The notes under the pieces are model-generated. The model did not search any database, was not told where the DNA came from, and worked only from the letters and a program-made list of their open reading frames with translations. Positions 19,429-28,569 of a DNA stretch of 64,000 nucleotides are shown here, one piece after another. A program made the translations under genes and the position numbers. Origin of the DNA: a virus (Duplodnaviria > Caudoviricetes); IMG/VR virus record IMGVR_UViG_2867988698_000004, positions 32,001-96,000 of that record. One strand, written 5' to 3'. Numbering within the stretch: the stretch's first letter is position 1; each line of letters opens with the position of its first letter.

Positions 19429-19754
19429 CCCGCCGTGGGCGGGGAGGTCTCTCGCGGGTCGGAGGGGGTCAGCAACTGCTGAACGTGCCGGACGGCGTCC
19501 TGCAGGTCGCTGGCCGCGCACACCCAGAACGGGGCTCCGGGCTGACAGAGCCACACCCGCTGGTCGGATGTCCGGCAGAGCGCCCACAACTCCGCCGTTC
19601 TGCCGTCCCGGGCGGCGGTCAGACCCAACGGCCGGACGGTGACCTCATGGCCCCGCTCGCGCAGCAGCCGGGCCAGGTCCTCCACCACGGCCTGCCGCAG
19701 GTCGCCGTCCAGCCCCTCGGTGGGGGCCGGGCCCAGCACCCCCAGCCCGGTCAT
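19422..19754 (-). CDS. Hypothetical protein
   Basis: ATGA coupling to the upstream gene. Confidence 0.6.
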   Translation of the reverse strand: MTGLGVLGPAPTEGLDGDLRQAVVEDLARLLRERGHEVTVRPLGLTAARDGRTAELWALCRTSDQRVWLCQPGAPFWVCAASDLQDAVRHVQQLLTPSDPRETSPPTAGC

Positions 19755-20155
19755 GCGGCCATCCCGGCGGGCAGCCGCTTGATCTCGTCGTACAGGTCAC
19801 CGGCCGCGCCGGGCAGGCCACCGGCCCCCCACTCCTCCACCCGGAGAACGTCACCGTCCCGGCGCATCCCGGCCAGCAGCCGGTCGTAGTAGTAGGCGCC
19901 CCCCATGCCCAGATGGACGCGGTGCAGCACCCCGACCGCCCCGGCCGGGGAGTCCTGCATGGCCTCCACCAACCGGCGGACGGCGCGGTCACGGTCGTCG
20001 CAGACGCCCACCGCACCCAGACGCGGGGTCTCGCCGGGCTCAACGACCGTCCAGGAGAACATCCCGGTGGGACCCGGCAGGCCCGGCTGCCGGTTAAGGA
20101 CGGTGGTTGTCGCCGGGAGCAGGCCCGCGCCGGTTCCGCTGGTAGGTTCTGGCAT
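19751..20155 (-). CDS. Hypothetical protein
   Basis: GAAGGAG RBS before MPEPT; FSWTV..GVCDD motif. Confidence 0.65.
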   Translation of the reverse strand: MPEPTSGTGAGLLPATTTVLNRQPGLPGPTGMFSWTVVEPGETPRLGAVGVCDDRDRAVRRLVEAMQDSPAGAVGVLHRVHLGMGGAYYYDRLLAGMRRDGDVLRVEEWGAGGLPGAAGDLYDEIKRLPAGMAA

Positions 20156-20217
20156 AGCCACGGCTCCTTCGTGGTCAGGCCCCGGGGCCCCGGTGCGCGC
20201 ACACCGGGCCGGGGTCG

Positions 20218-20487
20218 CTAGCTGTCGGGGGACGTTCCGGGATCCGGCTGCTGGGCGGCCTGGAGCGCGTCGGCCAAGTCCTGGATGGTGTCGGCGGTCA
20301 GTTCGGCGCCGGGGTCGTTCCATTTACGGGCCTTCCATGGCCCGTGTTTTCCACCGGCCTCCAATACGCGCCATATATCCCATTCGTGCCCGTATTCGGC
20401 GATCAGCCGCTCGGCGGGGCTGGGCTGAGGTGCGTCCACTGCCATGACCAGCTCCATGACCGTCTCCGACTCCCCCGGCTTGTTCAA
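20218..20487 (-). CDS. Small hypothetical protein, first gene of the leftward XRE-linked operon
   Basis: EYGHEWDIWR...LTADTIQDLADAL; the start may be the ATG at 20458 (GGAG RBS). Confidence 0.65.
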   Translation of the reverse strand: MNKPGESETVMELVMAVDAPQPSPAERLIAEYGHEWDIWRVLEAGGKHGPWKARKWNDPGAELTADTIQDLADALQAAQQPDPGTSPDS

Positions 20488-20572
20488 TGCCGTTGAATGC
20501 CGTTGACGGTACGAAGCGTCACCGCCCCGTAACAGCGATGGGGCGTGGCCGTTTGGCCACGCCCCATCCGGA

Positions 20573-20593
20573 AGGGCTACGTTACGTATCCCT
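20573..20593. promoter_or_regulatory. Putative XRE operator, left copy (AGGGCTACGTTACGTATCCCT)
   Basis: Imperfect 21-bp palindrome repeated at 21912-21932. Confidence 0.65.
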
Positions 20594-21823
20594 TCACATG
20601 TTGATGCCCATGAAGTCGGCCAATTCCCGGGTGCGCTGGCTGGGCATCCGCGGCCGCGCGTCCATCAGCTCCCGTACCGCGTCGCGGGCGTACTGCTGGT
20701 AGCGCAGCCAGTGCGGGTGCTCCCGCCGGATGGCCGTCAGGATGTCCTCCGCCTTCTCCACGTTCCCCGTGCGCGCATGAGCGACGGCAAGGTCCAGGCG
20801 GTGCCGGTCCCACCCGGACGTGTTGCCCCGTCCCACGTCACGGGGGATTCCCGCGGCCAGCTCCAGGGCCTTGTCGGGGCGGTCGTCCAGCATCTCGATC
20901 TCCACGGCCAGCATGGGGCCGTTCATGGGGCCGAACGCCTTGTGCCCCGACAGGTCCTGGTACTGGCGTCCCAGCCGGGTGCCCGCAGTGGAGGCGATCG
21001 AGGCGTACTCCCGGGCCTCCTCCATGCGGTTGTTGCGGGCAGCTGCGGCGGCGGCGCGCAGGAACATGTAGCCCCACCCGCACAGCTCATCCGGGGTGGC
21101 CTTTGACATCTTGGGCTCGATCTGGTCGGCGGTGGCCACACACAGCTGCTCAACCTCCGACAGCCTTCCCTGCCGCATCATCGCCCATGCCTGGCTGCAC
21201 ACCGCCGCCGCCGCCAGCGGGGTGTGGCCGATCTCCAGGGCGTCCCGCAAAGAGGCGTGCAGCGCGATCAGCGCCAGGTCATGCGCGCGGATCTGGATGA
21301 GGTAGCGGCCGGTCAGCCCGGTGATGTCCGCCCGAAGCCGCAGCGCCTCCCGCCGGTCCGGCCCCTCGCTGTCGAAGTAGTCCACGTGGTGATGGGCGCT
21401 GCGCACGAGCGCCGGCATCATCTGCGCCAGGTCGTCATACCGGTCCCCGTGGTAGGCCGCCGCGACGGAGGAGATGGCCTGCTTCAAGCTGCGCAGGTCC
21501 ACCAGTTCCGCATCCGCCGTCCCGTACAGGGGCTTGCCCGCCAGCCCGATCGGGGGGTTGATGGCCGACCGCATGTCCGCCAGCACCGTGTCGTCCACGG
21601 CGGCCTCGACGGGTTCCGGGGAGGACGCGGACACGAACCAGACGGTCCGCACTCCTAGCGCCTTGGCCAGCTTGTGGTAGGTCTCCATCCGCGCCGTGCC
21701 GCCCTGCTCGATTTTCTTGATCACGGCGAGGCTGAGACCGCTGTGTTCAGCCAGCTCTTCCTGGGTCATCCCCCGGCTGCGCCGGAGGTTACGCACGCGG
21801 TCGGAAATGGTACCTTCCTCCAT
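20594..21823 (-). CDS. XRE-family HTH regulator with long helical (TPR-like) C-terminus
   Basis: VRNLRRSRGMTQEELAEHSGLSLAVIKKIEQG HTH; 409 aa. Confidence 0.92.
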   Translation of the reverse strand: MEEGTISDRVRNLRRSRGMTQEELAEHSGLSLAVIKKIEQGGTARMETYHKLAKALGVRTVWFVSASSPEPVEAAVDDTVLADMRSAINPPIGLAGKPLYGTADAELVDLRSLKQAISSVAAAYHGDRYDDLAQMMPALVRSAHHHVDYFDSEGPDRREALRLRADITGLTGRYLIQIRAHDLALIALHASLRDALEIGHTPLAAAAVCSQAWAMMRQGRLSEVEQLCVATADQIEPKMSKATPDELCGWGYMFLRAAAAAARNNRMEEAREYASIASTAGTRLGRQYQDLSGHKAFGPMNGPMLAVEIEMLDDRPDKALELAAGIPRDVGRGNTSGWDRHRLDLAVAHARTGNVEKAEDILTAIRREHPHWLRYQQYARDAVRELMDARPRMPSQRTRELADFMGINM

Positions 21824-21911
21824 AGGCCCTGCACCTTTCTTGATGTTCCGTCACCATCAGGCTACGGCGCAGGGCCTAATTACGTTAGGGATAGGCCATG
21901 ACTTCTCCTCA

Positions 21912-21932
21912 GGGGCTACGTTCCGTATCCCT
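21912..21932. promoter_or_regulatory. Putative XRE operator, right copy (GGGGCTACGTTCCGTATCCCT)
   Basis: 19/21 identical to the left copy; lies in the divergent intergenic region. Confidence 0.65.
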
Positions 21933-22044
21933 TTGGCGGGCGGCGTCCGCGAACGGCCACGAACCGCACCTTCACCCGTGGTGCGGCTCGGGTCACAGTG
22001 AAGGGCGTCGTAGGGAACCCCGAGCCCTCCCTGGGAGGCCGCCA

Positions 22045-23202
22045 GTGAAACGGCTGATCGTCGATACGCACGCCGCCTCGTGCTACTTCCGGACCTCGGT
22101 GCCCGGTGACGGCCGTAAGGCCCTGGTGCAGATCACCGAGCGCTGCAACCTGCATTGCGCGCACTGCTTCGTGTCCTCCACCCGGGAGGGCCTGGACATG
22201 GCCTATCAGGATCTGGTGGAGATGGTGGTGCCGCGGCTGCTGGCGGCCCGGGTGCGTCGCATCACCCTGACCGGCGGTGAGCCGTTCGCCCACCCGGACC
22301 TGCTGCGCCTCTGCCGACACCTGACCGGGCTGGGCCTGCCGGTGGGCATCTGCAGCAACGCCACCTTGATCAGCGACGAGCAGATCGCCGAGCTGGCCGC
22401 GCTGGGCGGCGTGCACGTCAACGTCAGCCTGGACGGCTTCTCTGCCGACAGCCACGGCAAGTTCCGCGGGAACCGCAGCTCCTTCCAGATCACCGTGGAC
22501 ACCATCCGCCGCCTGGCGGACGCCGGGCTGCTGCAGGGGCTGCTGTCGACCCCCAACGCCCTGACCTTCCCCCGGGAGTTCGAGGAGCTGTGCGCGTTCG
22601 CCGTCGAGGTCGGCGCGGAGTACGTGCTGATGAACCCGCTGTCGTCCATGGGGCGGGGGGTCAAGAGCAAGGACCGGATGGCGGCCGACACTGCCGTCAT
22701 GGACGAGATCCGCCGCCTCACCGACCGGTTCCGCGGCCAGGGCGTCGACGTGGTCCACATCCGCTTCCCCAACGGCGGCCAGGAGGGCAAGCCGCTGAGC
22801 GGCTGCGATGCCGGGAAGCTGATCTACGTGTTCGCCGACGGCGAGGTCGCCGTGTGCCCCTACCTGGTGTTCGCCGCCCGCACCCCCCACTCCCAGCATC
22901 CCGACAGCGACTTCCTGGTCGGCAACATCTTGGACCCCGCCATCGCGGACACGGCGGTGGCGGATGCGCTGGACGGCTACGACACCGGCCGTCTGGCCAT
23001 GGGCGTCAACCCCACCTGCACCTCCTGTGGCATGAACAGCCGGTGCGGGAAGGGCTGCCCGGCGGCCGTCATCGCCTCCGGCGGCCGCATCGGCGGCGTG
23101 GACACCGGCCAGTGCCCCGTCACCGGCCCTGCTCCCGCCGGTCCGCTGCTGCAGATCGGCCGCCCCCCGACCCGCCCGGCCCGACCGGCTGGGTCGGCAT
23201 GA
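22045..23202 (+). CDS. Radical SAM/SPASM protein
   Basis: CNLHCAHC, TGGEP, VSLDG; C-terminal CDAG..VC..CTSC..CGKGC; GGAGG RBS before GTG. Confidence 0.92.
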   Translation: MKRLIVDTHAASCYFRTSVPGDGRKALVQITERCNLHCAHCFVSSTREGLDMAYQDLVEMVVPRLLAARVRRITLTGGEPFAHPDLLRLCRHLTGLGLPVGICSNATLISDEQIAELAALGGVHVNVSLDGFSADSHGKFRGNRSSFQITVDTIRRLADAGLLQGLLSTPNALTFPREFEELCAFAVEVGAEYVLMNPLSSMGRGVKSKDRMAADTAVMDEIRRLTDRFRGQGVDVVHIRFPNGGQEGKPLSGCDAGKLIYVFADGEVAVCPYLVFAARTPHSQHPDSDFLVGNILDPAIADTAVADALDGYDTGRLAMGVNPTCTSCGMNSRCGKGCPAAVIASGGRIGGVDTGQCPVTGPAPAGPLLQIGRPPTRPARPAGSA

Positions 23203-23813
23203 CCGCGACCGGCCGGTTCCTGGTCCTGGAGGGCCCCAACGGCGTGGGCAAGACCACCACCGCCGCCGCGCTGGCCGACCTGCTGCGCAGCCGCGGGGAC
23301 CGCGTCCACGTGACCGGTGAGCCCTCGACCGCTCCGCTGGGCCGCCTGATCCGCGCCCACGAGGCCGAGCTGACCGGGCGGGCGCTGGCGCTGGCGGTGG
23401 CCGCCGACCGCAGCCACCACCTGGACACCGAAATCGTCCCCGCCCTGGCCGCCAGCGCCACGGTGATCTGCGACCGGTTCATCCCCTCCTCCCTGGTCCT
23501 CCAGCAGCTGGACGGCCTGGACCCGCGGGAGGTCTGGTCCTACAACGCCGCGCTGCGGCCGATCCCGGACATCACCGTCTACCTGATCACCGCCCCCGCT
23601 ACGATCGGGGCCCGGCTCGCCCAGCGGCCCCGCCGGTCCCGGCTGGAACAGGCCGGCAGCCCGGACCGGGAGCTGGCCCTGTACCAGCAGGCACGGCGCT
23701 TCCTGGACGGGCAGGGATGGCGGCAGATCACGATCGACTGCCGGGACCTGCCCGCAGATCAGGTGGCCGCGCGGATCCTCGCTCACCTGCCCCGAAAGGA
23801 CCCGGCACCATGA
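23199..23813 (+). CDS. tmk: Thymidylate kinase-like protein
   Basis: LEGPNGVGKTT P-loop, TGEPS, ADR, CDRF; ATGA coupling. Confidence 0.88.
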   Translation: MTATGRFLVLEGPNGVGKTTTAAALADLLRSRGDRVHVTGEPSTAPLGRLIRAHEAELTGRALALAVAADRSHHLDTEIVPALAASATVICDRFIPSSLVLQQLDGLDPREVWSYNAALRPIPDITVYLITAPATIGARLAQRPRRSRLEQAGSPDRELALYQQARRFLDGQGWRQITIDCRDLPADQVAARILAHLPRKDPAP

Positions 23814-24655
23814 CCCACGGCAGCACGCGGGACACGCGGGAGGTGTCGGTGCTGACCCTCAACATCGGCGCCGCCGCCCGCCCCCGCGCCGAGCAGCTCC
23901 TCACCTGGCTGGTCGACGCCGGCCACGATGCCGGCCACGACGTCGTCCTGCTGACCGAGACCAGCGCCGGACCCGGCACCGCCTACCTGCTGGACCACTT
24001 CGCCCGCGCCGGCTACACCATCGTCAACACCCCCGACCACGGTGACCGCGGCGCGGCGCTCATCACCCGCATCCCCGTCCTGGACCAGCCGGTGCAGTTC
24101 AAGACGGTGACCATCCCCGGGCGGGTGGCCGCCGCCGTGCTGGACACCCGGCCCCGGCTGTGCGTGGCCGCCGTGTACGTGCCCAGCCGCGACCGCAGCA
24201 CCGACAAGACCGACCGCAAACACCGGTTCCTGACCTCGCTGCAGGACGCGCTGGCGACGCTGCCGGACCACCAGCGGGACGGGCTGCTGCTGGGCGGGGA
24301 CTACAACGTCATCGCCCGCACCCACCAGCCGTCCCTGCCCGGATTCCTGCCGTTCGAGTACGACTTCCTCGACCACCTGCACGCCCTGGGGCTGGTGGAC
24401 GTCCACGACCACCATCACCCCGACGCCCCGCAGCCGCACTCCTGGATCGGGCGGACCGGCGACGGCTACCGCTACGACTACCTGCACCTCGCCCGGCCCC
24501 TCGCAGGCCGGATCACCGGCTGCGCCTACCTGCACACCACCCGCCAGAACCGGCTGACCGACCACGCCGCCGTCACCGCGACCCTGCGCCTGGACCAAGT
24601 CCAGCGGCTTCCGGTCCAGGCCGTCACCGCCGACGACGACCTCGCTCTGTTCTGA
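23810..24655 (+). CDS. EEP-family (ExoIII-like) phosphoesterase
   Basis: TLNI, LTE, YVPS, GDYN, YRYDY, TDH motifs. Confidence 0.88.
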   Translation: MTHGSTRDTREVSVLTLNIGAAARPRAEQLLTWLVDAGHDAGHDVVLLTETSAGPGTAYLLDHFARAGYTIVNTPDHGDRGAALITRIPVLDQPVQFKTVTIPGRVAAAVLDTRPRLCVAAVYVPSRDRSTDKTDRKHRFLTSLQDALATLPDHQRDGLLLGGDYNVIARTHQPSLPGFLPFEYDFLDHLHALGLVDVHDHHHPDAPQPHSWIGRTGDGYRYDYLHLARPLAGRITGCAYLHTTRQNRLTDHAAVTATLRLDQVQRLPVQAVTADDDLALF

Positions 24656-24693
24656 CCCTCCCCTGACCTCACCGAAACGGAAGTCCAGCTCGT

Positions 24694-25500
24694 ATGGCCG
24701 ATCGTGCTGCGCTGATGGAACAGTGGTTCGCCACCGCCGCCCGCGACCTGCACCTGACCGTCTGCGGGGAGGCGGTGCGCGGGGTCGGTGACCGGACCCT
24801 CAGCGGCCCCGCCGCCACTCCCCGCGGGGACGCCGTCTGGCTCCGCGTGCTGGCGGTCCCGGAAGACCTGGCACACGGCCCTGTGTGGGAGGGGCCGGTC
24901 ACCTCCCAGGAGGTCACTGGCGTGTACCGGCCACGGCTGATGCACTGCCTGACCTGGGCCGAGCACGGGCATGTGGTCCGGGCGGAGGTTTGGAAACGGA
25001 TCATCGAGCCGGCCTGTGCCGCGCACGAGACCCTGACGAACGATCCGCGGCTGCCCGCCGGATGGTGGGAGCGGCTGCACGCCTCCCTGGACCGGCTCGC
25101 CGAGCATCCCACCCAGCGGATGCCCCGCCCTCCGGAGCAGATCACCGTGGCGCTGCGGCAGGCGTACGGGCCGGACGTCCCCACGCGGGTGGAGCGGTGG
25201 GTGACGCAGCACGGGGACCTGCGCTGGTGCAACCTCACCCGTACCACCCCCTACCTGCTGGACTGGGAGTTGTGGGGGCTCGCCCCCGCCGGCACCGACG
25301 CCGCCACCCTGTACTGCACCAGCCTCCTGGTCCCCCACGTGGCCGCAGAGGTCTACCGGCAGTTCCGCCATGTGCTGGACAGCCCGGACGGCCGGATCGC
25401 GCAGCTGTGCGTGTGCATCCAGCTCACCCGGCACCCGGACTGCGGGCCGCTGCGGGAGCCGTTGACCCGGCTGGCGTATCGGCTCCTCACCTACGCCTGA
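24694..25500 (+). CDS. Aminoglycoside-phosphotransferase-like kinase
   Basis: HGDLRWCNL, LLDWELWGLAP, DAATL. Confidence 0.8.
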   Translation: MADRAALMEQWFATAARDLHLTVCGEAVRGVGDRTLSGPAATPRGDAVWLRVLAVPEDLAHGPVWEGPVTSQEVTGVYRPRLMHCLTWAEHGHVVRAEVWKRIIEPACAAHETLTNDPRLPAGWWERLHASLDRLAEHPTQRMPRPPEQITVALRQAYGPDVPTRVERWVTQHGDLRWCNLTRTTPYLLDWELWGLAPAGTDAATLYCTSLLVPHVAAEVYRQFRHVLDSPDGRIAQLCVCIQLTRHPDCGPLREPLTRLAYRLLTYA

Positions 25501-25515
25501 CCAGCCGCAGGGCGG

Positions 25516-26064
25516 TCAGGCGTGGGACAGGGCGGCGCGGACCAGGGAGTCGTAGGTGTCGCTGGTCCGCTCCAGCCCCACCTCCTCGCCCAGCGACCGC
25601 GCCCACTCGTCCAGCTCGGCCTGCACCGCCTCCCCCGACTCCTGCGGCCTGACCACCCGCTCCAGCTCCACGAAACAGCCGGCGTGCTCGACCTCGTCCA
25701 CGCAGATGCCGATCTCTCCCAGGCGGCCGGTGCGGCGCCGTTTGACGATCCGCACGGTCGGCCGCCAGCCCATCAGCTGTAGCGCCCGCGCCATCTCCTC
25801 CCGGTCGGCCACGGTGGTCTCGTGCTCCAGGCACGCCATCTCGTTGTCCACCGGCTGCTTGACCGTGAACAGGTGGACCCCGTCCTGGGTCCGCAGCCGC
25901 GCGAACGCGATCCCCACCTTGGAGTCCCCGTACGACCAGGACGCCGGCGCGAACGCCTGGTCGTCCTGCAGCACCGGGAGGGACAGCAGTACGCCGCGGG
26001 CCGCCAGCGCCTTCTCCAACGCCGCCACGTCACCGGCCCGGTATTTGACCTCGATCTCCTGCAC
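25516..26064 (-). CDS. CYTH-family (class IV adenylate cyclase/triphosphatase) protein
   Basis: EIEVKY N-terminal motif, RLR, TVK, EHET, KRRR, FVELE. Confidence 0.9.
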   Translation of the reverse strand: MQEIEVKYRAGDVAALEKALAARGVLLSLPVLQDDQAFAPASWSYGDSKVGIAFARLRTQDGVHLFTVKQPVDNEMACLEHETTVADREEMARALQLMGWRPTVRIVKRRRTGRLGEIGICVDEVEHAGCFVELERVVRPQESGEAVQAELDEWARSLGEEVGLERTSDTYDSLVRAALSHA

Positions 26065-26157
26065 CAGCCGCCTCCTTGTTCACAAGGACCACGGCAGCCT
26101 AACCAGCCTCACCGCCGGGGCGCGGCCTGTTCCGGCCATCCCACCCAAGACCTGGGG

Positions 26158-26574
26158 TCAGCGCTCGACCACCGGGTAGGGCACCGTTTGTCGCAGTGCC
26201 CGTACCAGCCACTGGTCTCCGGGCATCCCGCGGACCTGCCGGGCGTAGACGATCCGGCCGCCGACCTCGAACCGCAGGAACTGGGCGCGGACCGGGCGGA
26301 TGGGGCGGCCGCGCGGCCCGTAGATGCCGGTGCCCTCGTGCAGCCACCAGCCGACCTTCGAGGGTGTCCAGACCCGGCCGATCACGAGGGTGCCGCGGGT
26401 GCGGACGCTGCTGGTGATGCTGGCCCGGGTCGTCCCCGTGCGGACCCGGATGTTCAGCTTGGCCCGGGTCTCGGTGCGGCGGGTCAGGGCGGTGACGTGG
26501 TCGTGCACCGGGCCGCCGGGCTGCCGCAGCAGCCGATCGAGAGCGGCCCGGTCCAGCCGCACCCTGGCCGCCAT
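26158..26574 (-). CDS. HK97 gp10-like neck/tail completion protein
   Basis: VRTGTTRASI, HEGT, IRPVRAQFLRFEVGGRIVYARQV. Confidence 0.8.
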   Translation of the reverse strand: MAARVRLDRAALDRLLRQPGGPVHDHVTALTRRTETRAKLNIRVRTGTTRASITSSVRTRGTLVIGRVWTPSKVGWWLHEGTGIYGPRGRPIRPVRAQFLRFEVGGRIVYARQVRGMPGDQWLVRALRQTVPYPVVER

Positions 26575-26575
26575 C

Positions 26576-26968
26576 TCAGCCTCCTCGCCTGCCCGCACGG
26601 CCTGAGCGGGCGGGGCGGCGCGGCGCCGCTTGGGTGCGGGCGGCGTTCCTGGCGCTGGGCGGGTCCACCCGCCGCGCGGCGCTCGTTCGTACCACCCGCG
26701 GAATCGGGACGGGCTCCCCGTCCAGGGTGGCCAGGGAGAGTTTGCCGTCTGCGGCAGCGCCCAGCACGGCGGGGGTGACGTCCAGTTCCTCGACGTGCCC
26801 GCGGCGCTGGCCCAGGACGTTGGTCTGCCAGGTGGCGATGACCCGCTCCGGCATCCCCTCCCCGCTACCCGGCTCGGAAGCGGCGACGGTGGTGGCGGGA
26901 TCGGTGGGGGCGGTGGGGTCGGTGGAGCTGGCCGGGGCGGTGGGCTCACTGCTCATGATCATGAGCAT
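26576..26968 (-). CDS. Small virion-associated hypothetical protein
   Basis: Directly upstream of the neck gene; start uncertain (26968/26962/26956). Confidence 0.5.
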   Translation of the reverse strand: MLMIMSSEPTAPASSTDPTAPTDPATTVAASEPGSGEGMPERVIATWQTNVLGQRRGHVEELDVTPAVLGAAADGKLSLATLDGEPVPIPRVVRTSAARRVDPPSARNAARTQAAPRRPARSGRAGRRGG

Positions 26969-26998
26969 AGCCGCTGGTCAGCTCGCCGCCGGGGGAGG

Positions 26999-28393
26999 TC
27001 AGGTGATGCCGCAGCGGGCGGCCAGGCCCCGCAGTGGTGGGCTGGTGCGCCCGGACAGCAGCAGCCCGGACACCAGATCACGGACGGCGGGGCGGGCGTG
27101 GGTTTCCTCCGGTGCCGCGCGTTCGGCGGCCAGCAGCGCCCGCAGGCATTCCTCGCGGCGCCCCCACTGCGCGAACGCTCGGGCCATGTCGGTGTGGTAG
27201 CGGGCGCGGCGTTCGACGGTGGGCAGGCTGCCGGGGTGGATGGACCGGCCGGCGGCGATGGCGGCTCCGGGGTCCCCGGCGGAGTACTCGGCGGAGATCC
27301 GGTGCAAGGCGACTGCTGCGGCGCTGAATCCGCCGCCGTGGTCCCGCAGCAGGGTGCCGCCTCGGGCGGCCCCCAGGCGGCCGGCGATGGCGGCGGCGTC
27401 GTCGGTGAGTTCCCGCATCCCGGACCGGTCGCCCTGCTTGGCGAGGGTGTAGGCGGCCGACATGAGGAGCAGCCCCCGCTCAGCGGTGTGGGCGGGATCG
27501 TCGGCGCGTAGCCCGATCGTGTCGGCGGCCGACAGCACGAGCGAGGCGGCCTGGTCGTACCAGCCGGCGCGGCGAGCGAGGATGGCCAGGTTCCGGGCGG
27601 CCTCGGCGGCGGTCAGGGGCTGGTCGGCTGCGCTGGCCAGCAGCCGGGCCCGATCGGCGGCCATCCACCCCAGCTGCGGATCATCGAGTTTGATGAGCAT
27701 CCGGGTGGCCAGGATGTAGGTCTGCGCCAGCACGGCCGCCGCCTCGCGGTCATCGCGGTCATCGGCGGTGGTGGCGTGGGCGTGGGCGAGCAGGCGGGGC
27801 AGGACGTCGGCCAGCCGCCCGTACCGGCAGGCGTGAAAATCGCTCAGCGCTGTGGTGAGCAGCGCGCGCAGCCGGTCGACCGGCAGCGGCGCCGGCGGCT
27901 GGGGGTGCAGGCCGAGCATCGTGTCCCGCAGGCGGCCGACCAGCAGTTCCCCCGTGTCCACCGGCTGAACGGTCACCGGGGCGGGCAGGCAGGGCCCGAC
28001 CGCGGCAGCAGCCGTCACCGCCAGGTTGGCCAGCAACTGCCGTCGCCGCACCGGATCGTCACCGCCCTCCCGACCGCCGCCTCTGGCCACAGTAACCCCA
28101 CCGGCTGCCGCCGTCCCGGCGGCACCACCGGCAGGTCCCGGGGCGGGCGCCAGGCCCAGCAGATGCGGAGGGATCTGGAGGGCGTCGGCGAACCGCCGCA
28201 GCACCACCACATCGGTGAGCGGGGCCACGCCGCGTTCGTAGCGGGAGACCTGGGACGCCGAATACCCGCACAACGCGCCGAGCTGGGCCAGCGTGAGCCG
28301 TCGCGCCTGCCGTGTAAGCCGCACGATCGCGCCGACGTCCCCACTGGCCCGCGCCTGACGCATCTCTGGCGTCGACCACAGCTGATCGTCCAT
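26999..28393 (-). CDS. XRE-family HTH regulator with helical C-terminus (second)
   Basis: RQARRLTLAQLGALCGYSASQVSRYERG; C-terminal ERRARYHTDMARA. Confidence 0.9.
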   Translation of the reverse strand: MDDQLWSTPEMRQARASGDVGAIVRLTRQARRLTLAQLGALCGYSASQVSRYERGVAPLTDVVVLRRFADALQIPPHLLGLAPAPGPAGGAAGTAAAGGVTVARGGGREGGDDPVRRRQLLANLAVTAAAAVGPCLPAPVTVQPVDTGELLVGRLRDTMLGLHPQPPAPLPVDRLRALLTTALSDFHACRYGRLADVLPRLLAHAHATTADDRDDREAAAVLAQTYILATRMLIKLDDPQLGWMAADRARLLASAADQPLTAAEAARNLAILARRAGWYDQAASLVLSAADTIGLRADDPAHTAERGLLLMSAAYTLAKQGDRSGMRELTDDAAAIAGRLGAARGGTLLRDHGGGFSAAAVALHRISAEYSAGDPGAAIAAGRSIHPGSLPTVERRARYHTDMARAFAQWGRREECLRALLAAERAAPEETHARPAVRDLVSGLLLSGRTSPPLRGLAARCGIT

Positions 28394-28569
28394 CGCCGCC
28401 CCCCGGTGGGCAGACCGACTCCCCGGCCAACGTAGACCACCCCGTGATCATCGACCAGGGCCTTTGCATAACCGGCAAACCGTTTGCGCACCGGGACATG
28501 CGGCCTCGCTCGCGGCGGCGTGATGACGGTTCATAGGACTCATCAGCCCTCCGACATGAGGCAGTCGCC

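Noticed and set aside
22045-23202. Calling the radical SAM a viperin or a RiPP maturase
   Set aside because: The SPASM-like tail is unlike viperin, and no precursor peptide or PqqD-like domain is visible nearby
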